A DNA stretch of 57,475 nucleotides, counting the filler, from Basidioascus undulatus (lineage: Eukaryota), in assembly GCA_000826855.1 (NCBI GenBank). It is 3 parts of 3 records of this genome, joined end to end, with 100 filler letters (N's around TTAATTAATTAA, not from the genome) between each part and the next. Parts side by side here need not be neighbours in the genome. Positions count along the whole stretch, not along the records: positions 19,219 to 38,307 come from JTLS01000436.1; 2 more parts are not named here. One strand, 5' to 3'. The notes under the pieces are model-generated. The model had not been told where the DNA came from. It searched no databases and saw only the letters and a list, made by a program, of their open reading frames with translations. This document shows positions 26,285 to 36,759 of the stretch, in pieces. The stretch's first letter is position 1, and every line of letters starts with the position of its first letter. Both the position numbers and the translations under genes were made by a program.

Positions 26285-26570
26285 GCCGTGTATCGCATCG
26301 CCGGGATGATGCACGGTCGAACGATCGCAGCGAGTCGAGGCATCGATACCTTAGCGACGTAGAGATGGTACTGGGCCGGTTTGCCAGCAGGAACACCAGC
26401 GGACTGCACTGTGACAGTAAGGCGGTACAGCTCCTTCAGCACTCGGGCCAGGAACTGCTGGTCGTCGTACGAGAAGCTGTTCGCAGCGAACTTCAGACGG
26501 ATGATACAGCACCACCGTCGTCCATGAGCCATACGGCTAGGGCCAGTGGTGGCAGGTAGTCGGCGATCCA
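26285..26570 (-). pseudogene. LAGLIDADG homing endonuclease fragment (LAGLIDADG_2 type, C-terminal half), frameshifted and 5'-truncated
   Basis: WIADYLPPLALAVWLMDDGGAVSS, one-base frameshift, then LKFAANSFSYDDQQFLARVLKELYRLTVTVQSAGVPAGKPAQYHLYVAKVSMPRLAAIVRPCIIPAMRY; matches YLTPLALAIW.MDDG...LKL.TNSF...QY.LY...SM..L..IV.P.I.PSM.Y of organellar intron endonucleases. Confidence 0.85.
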
Positions 26571-26826
26571 ACATCTCAGCAGGCCGTCCAACATCACATC
26601 CAACATGTCAGCACATTGTGCAACATGTCCTCCAACATGTCAGTCAGTGACCCAACATTGTGTACAACATGTGAGCAGGCCGTCCAAACATTATGTCCAA
26701 CATGTCACAGGGACATCCAACACCAACATGTCAGCCAGCGGTCAATATTCTGTCCAACATGTCGGCCAGCAGTCCAACATGTCGTCCAAGATGTCAGCAG
26801 GCCATCCAACATTGCGTCCAACATGC
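26566..26826. repeat. Irregular array of short TCCAACAT(GT) repeats
   Basis: About 13 exact CAACAT cores plus several variants in 260 bp, with recurring TCAGCAGGCC(G/A)TCCAA higher-order units. Confidence 0.85.
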
Positions 26827-27492
26827 TATTTACCGTCCTCTCCTTCGGGCCCAAGCATGCTACAGCCACCTTAACACGTGTGAAAAAGAAGCACCCCACT
26901 TGGCTTGAAACGAGTGTTTCAACCCGTGTTTCCTTAGCTTTTCAAGGAGAATTCACCAGCTGAAATGCCGGTGCCTTTTCCTGGAAAGAAAAATCTAATT
27001 TTACGGTCCCAATTTCTTTCACTGCATCTGCCCTTTGCCTCCATCTCAGCCAAACCACCTTCGAGTTGAAAAGGAGCTTCCTTTCATAGCTCGCTGTGGA
27101 AATTTGTCTCTCATATATTGATAGAAGAGTAAGTGATGGAACTGTGGGTGTGTTGACATGTCGATGCTGAGATTTAAATCGCCTTTGGCATGGCACGGAG
27201 TTGCACGGTGAAAGACTCAACAAGCCATCCATCTTGCCAAGGAATGCAATGAGGCAAAGTGATTTTGGCAAGAAGTTCCTGAACAGTTTGTTCTTCACAA
27301 CATGCTTTTCAAGTTGGACCGCAAGAGGATTAGCGTGCGCTGCGTCAATGATTCGTCGAAAGAAGATAGCACGGCGGTGTTGCAACGACATGGGTAAAGC
27401 GCGGAATATCGAATATAATCAAACGACACGACATTACAGTCCTCTCCGTATTCCTCTCCCGTGCAATACAAGATCCTTGCTCTCCTCCGCCC

Positions 27493-28176
27493 TCACATCT
27501 CGATCCACTCCGCCTGCGCAACAAATCGCACAACCTCCCACGTCCTGCCCCCCTCACACGCCATCTCCTCCAGGAGGCTGAGCAGCCGCCAAGCGTACGC
27601 GGGAGGGTAAGGCTTCAGCGGCAGCTCGAGCTGGAGCATTTCGAGCTGGGCCGGGTGCGCGTCGACAAGCGCGCGCACGAAAAGGAAGACCGCCTCGAGG
27701 TCGCGCGGGGCGGCGCCGGTCAGGCCGACGCGGCAGAGCGCGGGCGGGAGGGAGGGGGGCATGGAGGTGTTGGTGAGAAGGGCGAGGGAGAGATCGAAGG
27801 GGACAATCAGGGTGTGGAGCCGCGTGGGGGCGCAGGAGAGGAGCGCGAGCAGACGGTGCTGCAGGGCGGGGGTGGAGTCGGAAGAGCGCGGCGTGAGGCG
27901 GAGGGACTTGATCAGGTGGAGGTTGGGCGGAAGGAGTGCGAGGACGGGTTGGGTGGGGAGGATGCCGAGCAGCTTCTCGAATGCTGAGAGGGAGGCGAGG
28001 TGGATTGAGGTGTAGAGGGGGGCGGTGGCGAGTGCGCGCCAGTGCGCGTTGACGCGGGCGGCGAGGGCGAGGGAGAGGGCGGGGAGATGGGCGAAGACCT
28101 CGCTTAGGAGCTCGGGGAGAAGGTGCGCGAAGGGTGAGGGTGAGAGCGGCGATTTCGCGGTAGATGAGCTCGACAT
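27493..28176 (-). CDS. F-box-like protein, single exon
   Basis: FAHLLPELLSEVFAHLPALSLALAARVNAHWRALATAPLYTSIHL is an F-box-like motif, followed by Leu-rich segments (IKSLRL, LHTLIV, LEMLQL). Confidence 0.75.
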   Translation of the reverse strand: MSSSSTAKSPLSPSPFAHLLPELLSEVFAHLPALSLALAARVNAHWRALATAPLYTSIHLASLSAFEKLLGILPTQPVLALLPPNLHLIKSLRLTPRSSDSTPALQHRLLALLSCAPTRLHTLIVPFDLSLALLTNTSMPPSLPPALCRVGLTGAAPRDLEAVFLFVRALVDAHPAQLEMLQLELPLKPYPPAYAWRLLSLLEEMACEGGRTWEVVRFVAQAEWIEM

Positions 28177-28613
28177 CTCGCCGGATGAGAAGTGATGGAG
28201 TTGCAAGGAGATGGGAGAAATGAGAAGCATGTCAAGGCATGTGAGAGGCAGAGAAGATATGGCGAAGCGATAAAGAAGATGGCGAAGCCCGTGGATGTCA
28301 GTCTGCCAACTCAACATGCGGAAGGGGCAGGAGCAGTAGGGGCTGGAAGTGTCTCGGTTGAGTGGCGATAGAGACTGGTTTGCTCGAGCAGATAGATGAG
28401 GAGAAATGAATATCGAGCAATATTGTAAGCCAAGCAACATCTGCTTTCGCTTGAAAGGGCGCAAGGTTGCAGTCGTGAAGAATCCGCCCTTGCTTGCCTC
28501 TGGTCAGTGTTTGGGCGCACCGCGCGAATGAAGAGGCCTCTCGATAAGGGAGAGCCAATAGAGCGACGATAAGAAGACGTTCAGAAAGCCTGCTCCTTCA
28601 AAGTCAGCGAGGT

Positions 28614-29585
28614 CTAACTCAAGCTCATCCATCCGTCGATCCGCTCATGACCTACCACCTCCTCCCCCCACTCCTCTACCGTCCGCGCCCTGGACTCCTC
28701 CTCGCCTACCTTTTCCAGAGCACTTCCCTCTCCGGGGGCTCTTCTCCAAACCGCCTCCGCCGCTCCCTCTCCTCCCACAAGCTCCACCAGCCGCACCCCC
28801 GGCCACTCGCGCACCAGCAGGCCCTCCAGCAGCCGGACCACGCCCAGGGGGACCTTCCCCGCGCCCGCCGGCTGTCGAAGCCTGATCCACCTCACCCCAC
28901 TCCTGCCTTCCCCCTCCGCCTGCAGTACGCGCAAGTACGCGTTGAACGGGCATCGTCCATCCTCGAGCGTGAGCTCGAGGCGGGCGACGCGCGCGCCCCC
29001 TTCCAGAACCATCTTCCCTATCTCCGCGTGCGCGAGGCCAGCCATCGTGTACCGGAGTTCCCGAAGCTCGCGAAGCGCCAGGAGCGCAGGGACAATCCCC
29101 TCGTCTTTGCGGAAGGAATGGAGGTGTACCGAGGCCGCGAGGGCGTGCTGCGGTGGTGCGGGAGGTAGGGGGAACGCGTCGATCGTTAGGGACGTGAGGT
29201 GGTTGTATGGTGGAGCGAGGAGCGACAGGAGCGATGTGTAGGTCGTCAAAGAGCCGCGTGTGATGTGCAAGGTGCGGACGTGCGGGGCGAGGTGCGGGTG
29301 GGAGGTGAGCGTGCTCGCCAAGTGCGTGTGTGCGGAGGGAGAGTGTGCATGGAGGTGCCGGTAGAGGAGAGGAGCCGTGACCTGAGAAAGCATAACCACG
29401 CCATACTCAACCTCCAGCTGTACACAGCACAAATGAGAAGACGCAGGGGGACGCACGTCATGAAATTCCCTGCACACCAAGCACACCCTCGCAAGCTCCG
29501 CCGTCCGCGGAGGGAGGAGGTGCGCGAGCTCGAGCAGCACCTGATACAGCAGCTCGGGCGGGAGAGGGAATGCGCCGGTGCCCAT
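28614..29585 (-). CDS. F-box-like protein; one in-frame 75-nt intron (29456-29382)
   Basis: LPPELLYQVLLELA...LARVCLVCREFHD|VTAPLLYRHL...LTSHPHLAPHVRTLHI; intron GTGCGT..CAG. Confidence 0.75.
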   Translation of the reverse strand: MGTGAFPLPPELLYQVLLELAHLLPPRTAELARVCLVCREFHDVRPPASSHLCCVQLEVEYGVVMLSQVTAPLLYRHLHAHSPSAHTHLASTLTSHPHLAPHVRTLHITRGSLTTYTSLLSLLAPPYNHLTSLTIDAFPLPPAPPQHALAASVHLHSFRKDEGIVPALLALRELRELRYTMAGLAHAEIGKMVLEGGARVARLELTLEDGRCPFNAYLRVLQAEGEGRSGVRWIRLRQPAGAGKVPLGVVRLLEGLLVREWPGVRLVELVGGEGAAEAVWRRAPGEGSALEKVGEEESRARTVEEWGEEVVGHERIDGWMSLS

Positions 29586-30265
29586 CAGAAGGAGTAAGTA
29601 AGCAGCGAGGAGAGCTGGGCAACGCAGGAAAGAATGGTGACGGTAGGAGGAAGACGGAGGGCCCGCTCGGAGCCGCTGCCCGCCAACTTAGAGCCAGTCG
29701 CCCAGTCCCCCCCACTCCTGGCCCTTTATCACTCATCTTAATTCCAACGCTGGAGAGACGTTTGTTAAGCATTTTTTCCATTATTTTGACGAGAGCTGCA
29801 TCTAAGTGCAAAATCTTGACAGTGGGTGAATGAGCCGCTGTACATTGAACCCCCGGCCTCATATCGAGTGCAGCATGCACTGAGCGTCTATCCTTACTGG
29901 GGCAGTTTCTTACGTTCACCCTCTTTAAACTCCATCTATAATCTCTGTCAGTCCTGATGTGAGCGTGCGGTCAGACAGGGGTTTGCGGCTGCTCGATCCT
30001 TCTCCTGCGTGCAGGCAAGGCAGGCAGGCGCTCATGAACATGGAGCAATTCGCAGTCACATCCGCTCAATGCAAGCATCCCTCTTCCTGTGCACTCGTCA
30101 ACGAGGTCTAGTCCTTTTACAGAAACACAGAAATGGGGTGTACCTCTATTTTCTCTGTGACTTAAACACTCTGTGTCGGAGCTGGTGCAATGCGTGACCT
30201 ATAAGAACCCAGCGGACTAGCCTCACTTCTTGTCTTCACCATTCTTGCAGCACACTACCCCGCCA

Positions 30266-31645
30266 ACGATACAGGTCATCCGTAAGAAAGCAGCTCTCCT
30301 TCTCCCTCTTCTCCCAGTCCTCGTCACTGCGGTCACTTCCAACTCGAACCGCAGACCTCACGCCTATTAGCGCGGTGCATCCGGCTCGGGAAGACGACGC
30401 GTTACTGTACGTTACTTTGCCCTGCTACAATTGCTTGTCGCCCTAGCTGTTTATCCAGAGCTGAACTCCGAACCTATGGTATATTTTCGTAATAGGGGAC
30501 TGCTGCAAGCCCTCTTGCGCCTGGAGCGGCAAAGCCGACGTTTCGCAGCCGTTCGGCACCTGCGAGGCGTCCGGCGCCGAGCTTACCGGTAAGTTAGTTG
30601 GGTGAAGCTGATCCAACCCAAGCCCAGTTGACGAATAGTTGAATCCAACACCACCAGACCCAGACTTGGCCGATGGCGGAAGTACCTCTGCGTGAAGGCT
30701 TTCTTGGTCCCACTGTGGGCATCTTCGGCTGACTTTGTGCACGACCAGACACGTGCACGGACAACAGCCCGCAGGTCATCTCTGACGAGCGTGAGCTTTG
30801 TTATCCATCCTGAGCTGAAGGAAGCAGGGCTCATGGTCCCGCTGGGCTCAGTCGCCTACGGCTTCGCGGCGGTGAACCTGGTAGGCCACAGTGAGTCCGA
30901 CTGGTGCTGTGTGCGTTGTCCTGCTTCTCCCTCACAATCGACACAACAGATGATGTTGCCCACATCAGTCATGCTACGCTCTCACCTTCACGGACACGTT
31001 AGTCCATGTTTCGACCCGCCTCGCCTCTTCTGAAGAGTGCCCTCCGCTAACAGCTCTGCACAAACCTCAGTGCCGCCGCTGGCCAGACGTTCGTTCTGCA
31101 AGCGAGCAACACCGGTGGTGATCTCTGCTCTAACCAGTTTGACCTCCTGTCAGTTCCCAAACTATAACAAGTCTTCATCCCTCAATTGGACTAACCAAGT
31201 GATCCAGCTGCTCAGTATTCCCGGCGGCGGCCTTGGAATCTTCGATGGATGTAAATCCGAGTTCGGAGTGGACACGTCTAACGTAAAACTCCTGGCCCTT
31301 TTCTTTCTCATTAGGAGGAGAGTAGTTCTAATAGGGCGGTTCACAGTGGGACCAGTAATACGGAGGCTGCAGCGACATCGGGTGCTGCGACAACCTGCCT
31401 TCTGCGTTCCAGGCGGGATGCAAGTTCCGTTTCGGGTGGATGAAGGTGAGTAACTCTTTTATATATCTTTTCCCTTTCATCTCAATACTCATTAATCCTA
31501 GTCACAGGGACCCGACAACCCTTCCGTGACCTTCAGTGCGTCCTGCCTTTTCTTCAGTTCTCCTGCCATCCGCTGACCCTGCAGTGCAGAGGAGGTCCAA
31601 TGCCCCTCGGCGATCACCGACATTTCCGGATGCGCGCGCAACTGA
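30266..31645 (+). pseudogene. GH45 endoglucanase, apparently inactivated
   Basis: KTTRY|WDCCKPSCAWSGKA, VAYGFAAV, SESDWCC, QASNTGGDL, IPGGGLGIFDGC, GCKFRFGWMK, DNP, VQCPSAITDISGCAR. Defects: ACG in place of the start codon at 30266, frameshifts in exon 1, in-frame TAA at 31356-31358 (WDQ*YGG). Confidence 0.85.
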
Positions 31646-32287
31646 GGGATTCCACCCTCCACGGTCCGCCAGCAGCCGGCCTGCTTTCAATTTTCGATAC
31701 AAATACAGCGAACAATTCCTTCAGTGCTTTGCTCCGTGCAATGTCTAGTCTGATTTCGGTTCGGTTGAGCCTGATGTCTTCTCATGGTGCACCTGAGCGT
31801 GAAGAGATCCAGCTTCGGATTTGGCCTGTTCAAAGCGCATTTTAGTAGTCCTCCTTACACTGTTAGGCCAAGTTGGACTTCCCGTGAGGGTATGAGAGAA
31901 GGAGTGTCCTCTACACCTTTCAGAGGAGGAAGGCGAAGTACAAAGCTTTCCCGTGTCGCCCTGCCACAGGCAGCACTGGCCAGCCCTGATAGGAATCTGT
32001 TTGTCGCAACACAAAACTGCTCACAGGAAAAAAATCCGTGCTCTGTTGCAAAGTAATGAAGAGTAGCAGGTTCACAGTACCAGTCCAGCCGCTGACCACC
32101 TCAAAGTCCACAGTCCCGACCACTCAGACTCGGAACTCTCACGCATCCAGAGTCATACGAGGCATTGACGTGCAGGCCAATCCGAGTGAAATCCCCGAAG
32201 CACACCCACTAGCCTCACAACCAAGCTTGCATCGTGTAAGCGGGAAATCCGGCATCCCGGACAATCCGGCGTCCTCGCACCGCCCGC

Positions 32288-33749
32288 TCAAGCCCCAATC
32301 TTCTCCTCCAAAACCCGCTCACTGAGCTCCCACAGCTCGCGTGCGAGCTCCGGATCCCGGGCGTACGCGCTGGGAGTCGCCTGCTGTGCGTAAGGTACGA
32401 GGTAGGCGCCTCTGCAAATCGCACAGTCCCCGTCAGAGTTGACGATACAGGTTGGGGGAGGGAGGGGGGTAGGAAGACACACTGCAGCCCTTTCTCCAGC
32501 ACCTCCGGACTCGTCGCTGCGTACAGGGACGTAACCGCCCCCTCGGCGGGGGTGACGAACAGTGCGTTGAAGACAGGTCGCGCGAGCGGGTAGAACAGGT
32601 TGCGGGAGACGTGCTGGTAGAGGTCTGCGGTGAGCCGGTGTAAGAGAGGGGGAGGGGGAGATGGGAAGGAGGAAGGGACGAGGTTGGGGGTGGAAGACGG
32701 ACCGGTGCGGACTACGCCGGGGTGCACGGAGAGGCACGTGAGGCCTTGCGAGCGATGACGGAGGTCTGGGGGAAGAGAACCATAATATTAATCAAGCGCT
32801 GCGAGAAGGCAAGACGCAGTAAAACAGGCGCACCTAGTTCTGCAGTGAACAACACGTTCGCCAACTTAGACACCGCTGCCCCGTCAAACCGCTCATCAGC
32901 GTCCCTCTCCCCCTCCGAGCTCCCGCCCCTTCACCAACACCAGCCTTAAACATGCGCGCACTATATCGCCTCCCGGGCCCCATGCCCGTCCAGTCCGGCC
33001 CCAGCGCTACGTTGAAGTCCGCCGTCTCCCGAAAGCGTGGGCGGAACGGCCAGCACACGCCCAGGTGGGCGAGCGAGCTGAGGGACACGATGCGCACGTC
33101 GTGTGTCTCTGAGGCGGTGCGGAGGAGGAGCGGGAGGAGCGTCTGGATGAAAAGGAAGTGCGCGAGGTGGTTCGTTTGCAATTGGGTCTCGAGGCCGTCC
33201 TGCGGGTGAGAAGGGTGGGGGTGAGAAAGACGCTGAGGAGGGGGAGAAGAGGAGAGAAGAGAAGACGCACCTCGGTGAGCGTGTACGGCATAGCCATAAC
33301 TCCGGCATTGCACACTTCCTCCTTCCATCAAATCAGCCTTCCTCTTCCTCACCTCTCCACCCAACCACCAACGCACCGACGATATCCAACCTCTCCTCCC
33401 TCTCCAGAACCCCCCGCGCAGCCTCCCTTACAGCTCTCAAGCTACTCAAGTCCAGCCGCACCCACTCGACCTCCAGCTCCGCCCCCTCGCCAGCGTCCTC
33501 GCGCAGCTGCTCAATCGCAGCCTGCGCCTTCGACTCGGACCGCGCGGCGAGGAGGACTCGGGCGCCGGCGCGCGCGAGGTGCCGGACTGTTTCGAGGCCG
33601 ATGCCGGTGCTGCTTGCGGGTAGAGAGGTAAGTGGGAAGTGGGAATGCGAATGCGAGAGAGGAGGAGGGACGCGCTTTCCTCCTGTGACGAGCGCGACTT
33701 TGCCCTTCAGCGACGAGGCGGGGAGGGCGGTGAGCGGGTCCCAGGGCAT
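32288..33749 (-). CDS. Short-chain dehydrogenase/reductase, retinol dehydrogenase/WWOX-like, multi-exon
   Basis: LKGKVALVTG..TGIGLETVRHLARAGARVLLAARS, LDLSSL, CNAGVMA, DGLETQLQTNHLAHF, RIVSLSS, Y.VSKLANVLF (YxxxK), SVHPGVVRT, EGAVTSLYAATSPE, LARELWELSE. Confidence 0.93.
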
Positions 33750-34232
33750 CGTTTGATCGATCGAGTCAATGTTTGGGCTCCAAGTGTGAGCCTCGGTGAG
33801 TGGGAAGAGGGAGGGTGCGTTGGAGAGCGTTATGACCTCGGAGAGCACCGAGCGGAAGGCGGTTTTGGCCAAGCGTCATCGAGAACCCCACGGGACGTGG
33901 GCACGGGCGGCGGTAAGTATCCGCCTGGTTCTCTTCGCGCTGGAGACGTCGCAGTTGCGCCGCCTTGAGCAGACTTCTTTGGGAGATCTCACAGACGGGT
34001 CAGCTACGAATCGTCGGGAGGAGAGCAGGAAGGTCCTCATGAGGAAGAAAAGAAGACCTTCGCGTCAGGAACCGGAGGCGATCGAGCTTATCAAGCAATA
34101 TTAATGGAGACGACGATTAATGGAGACGACGTCATAATCCGCTCGCCCTCCATCTCTTTGCCACCAACCACAACCACCCTCCCAACTTAGCCACCATAGC
34201 CCTCTTGTCTACCCACACCCAGACGAACAACC

Positions 34233-34677
34233 ATGTCCCACTACACCCCCACCTCCCAGCGCCTCTCCCAAGCGCAGTCGCAATCTCCAAACCCTACTAC
34301 GGCACCGACGTTCTACCCGCCCTCCGCTGAGCCCGCCCCGACCGTCGCCTCCTCCGCAACCAGCACCACCAACGCGCCCCTAGGCATCGCGGCCGCGCCG
34401 GAGGGCGGGGTGGCGGTCGGCGGCCAGTCAGGGCTGCCGATGGGCCATGCGGGGCTGGTTGATAAGGTGGTGGGAGGGATCGACCAGGTGCGTGCTCCGC
34501 TTTTCCCCATCCGGTGTCTTGAAATTGCAATGGGGATTGGGACTGATATAAAGGGCTGTGGGGAGACAGGCGCTCGGGCATCTGACGAGCAGCAAGGAGG
34601 GTGTGGAGAGCGGGAAGCTCCGCGCCGCGGGCGGGAAGGAGGCCCAGCTGGGGGAGGCGAGGGCGCCGCATGCGTGA
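34233..34677 (+). CDS. Small hydrophilic CsbD-like protein; exons 34233-34487, 34570-34677
   Basis: ...LVDKVVGGIDQ|ALGHLTSSKEGVESGKLRAAGGK resembles CsbD-like D.V.G.....G...G..R motifs; canonical intron GTGCGT..CTGAT..CAG. Confidence 0.6.
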
Positions 34678-34924
34678 TTGGTCGAACACGGCACGGAGAC
34701 TGTTACATAGACGGACGCATCTGTTTATTGATATTGACGATCCGAGACTAGTGAAAGTGTGCGCGCGTGTGCAGATCCGAAGGTGCGGAGCAGCATTTGT
34801 GGATGCGTGGATGTGTGTGAATACAGTATGCTTGATTGAGATGCTCCAAAACGATGCCCGAGAGAAATGGAGAGAAAGAAAGAAGTACAACACGCTCCCC
34901 CCTCCATGCTATCCGATGCATCCC

Positions 34925-36184
34925 TCACGCTTCCCCCGCCGCCGCGCCCTGCTCCTTCGCCTCCTCCCACCAACCCCACTCGCGCACGCGCACCCCCCGC
35001 TCGGGGCTGACGAACTTGACGTACGCGCGGGGGCGCGCACAGTCCCACGTGCCCACGAGGTTGTGGGAGGGATCCTCGACTTCGAAGGTTTGGAGTGTGG
35101 GGTGGGCGGTGACAACTGTCTTATTGGGGGTGGGGATCAGTCACAGGGCTGGGAGAGCGAAGAGGGAGAGAGGGAGAATGGGGGACGGACGTGTGTTGAA
35201 GCGCTGATTTGGGGAGAAGGCCGGAAAAGTTAGGAGGCGCTGGGAAAAGTAAGGTGGGTGAGAGGGACAACAGCGCACCTCGACATGGTACCCCCTCACC
35301 GGGCTCCCCTCGTCGCTCCAGTGTGTAACCCTCAGCCGCTTCACCCGTAGGGTCGGCAGACACTTCAGCAGATGCCCCCAGCCGCACTCGATCCTCAGAT
35401 TCTCAAGCCCCTGCGGAGCGCGCACGATCCGCTCCAACCACGGTGCCGCGGCGACGGGGTGCTCGACGTCCTTCGCGTCCGTCTCGAAGCTCAGATCGAG
35501 TGTCCGCAGCGCCTTCATCTCCTCGAGGGGCGGGGGGAAAGCCGCGAGGACGCTGGAGGGCTTGAGGACGGGGGGGAAGGCGAGGTGCAGCGTGAGGGAA
35601 GTCAGGTGTGGGGAGGTTGAGAGGGTCGAGAGGATGTAGAGGAGCGCGGAGGACGCCGCGCCGCGCGTGGGGTAGTCCGGCGCTGGCGTGAGCGAGAGGG
35701 AGAGGACGGAGCGCGCGAGGTGCGGCCGGGATTTGAGGAGGCGCCGGAGGGAGAGGAGGTGCGATTCGGAGCGTGCGGAGACGCGCCGGAAGAGGAGGGG
35801 GAGCGCGACCTGCCCGTCCATCCACACCATCCACACGCGTCAGTTACTCCGTCGTACTCAGACCAAATCTCACAGGAGGAGGAGGGGCACCATAGCACGC
35901 ACCTCGTAGAAGTGCCTGCTCACAACCAAGCACTCCCTCAGCGTCCGCCGCCCCTCCGCATCCCCCGCATCCGCATGATGCACCAGCACAGCATGCAGAA
36001 TCTCCGTGGGCAACCTCGGGAACGGCCGGTGCTGGTACCCTACGCCTCCCCGCGCGCTGCTCCTACGCGCGCGCGTGGAGGGCGTCGGCGAGGGCGGGGA
36101 AGAGAGGATGGGGGTTGTGGGTGCGCGGCCGAAGCCTTCGGGCGTGTGCGAGGCGGAGGAGGAGGGGGGCGCGTGGCGGGGCAT
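34925..36184 (-). CDS. F-box-like protein, multi-exon
   Basis: FPRLPTEILHAVL...TLRECLVVSRHFYE|VALPLLFRRV...LLKSRPHLARSVLSLSL, LTSLTL, LRTLDL, LENLRI; last exon ends ...EWGWWEEAKEQGAAAGEA*. Confidence 0.72.
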
Positions 36185-36759
36185 TGTGTGCGTGGTGTAG
36201 GGTAGGGTGCGATAGGGGGAGAGAGAAGGAGAAGGAGGAGGAAGGAAAGAAAGAGAGACGCGTGAGGCAAGGCAAAGTGAAAGTCAAAAGTCAAAGGAAG
36301 GAGTTGGACGCGGGACGCGTCGCGCGTGAGGGGTCCGAGCTCGGGTCGTGAGATGTTAAATGACCTGCGGGTACATGGCACACGACCTCAGCCACATCAA
36401 GTACCACAGGGCAGTTGACTTTCCATTTCGAAGGATTTCCATGGAGACTTGATCCACATCTCCATTCAGCAAAGGGGACAGAAAGGAGAAAGGAGCGCAA
36501 GCACAGCCGCTGCCATGTTGCCACATCACAACGCGCCAAACAAGCATTTGCGCTGCCTTCCCTTTTGACGTAATAGCGGAACATTACGGAAGCATTACGA
36601 ATCCCTGCAGCTCGCTACGAGCCCCGCCAGGTAGGCGCGGTTTTAGCTCTGGTGCACCCCCCATCATCCTCCGGCAGCCTCTCTCCACTCCTCTCGCACA
36701 CTCATTCCCCACGGCGACCTCTGCAAGTTCGTGTAATTCGTCCTTTCCCTTCCAATCCG

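Noticed and set aside
34100..34135. 16-bp tandem duplication ATTAATGGAGACGACG ending in a CRE-like GACGTCA upstream of the CsbD-like gene
   Set aside because: Real but too short to support a regulatory claim from sequence alone.
13962..36184. Functional CUL3 plus F-box ubiquitin-ligase cluster
   Set aside because: Cul3 uses BTB adaptors whereas F-box proteins use Cul1/Skp1, and an artificial spacer separates them.
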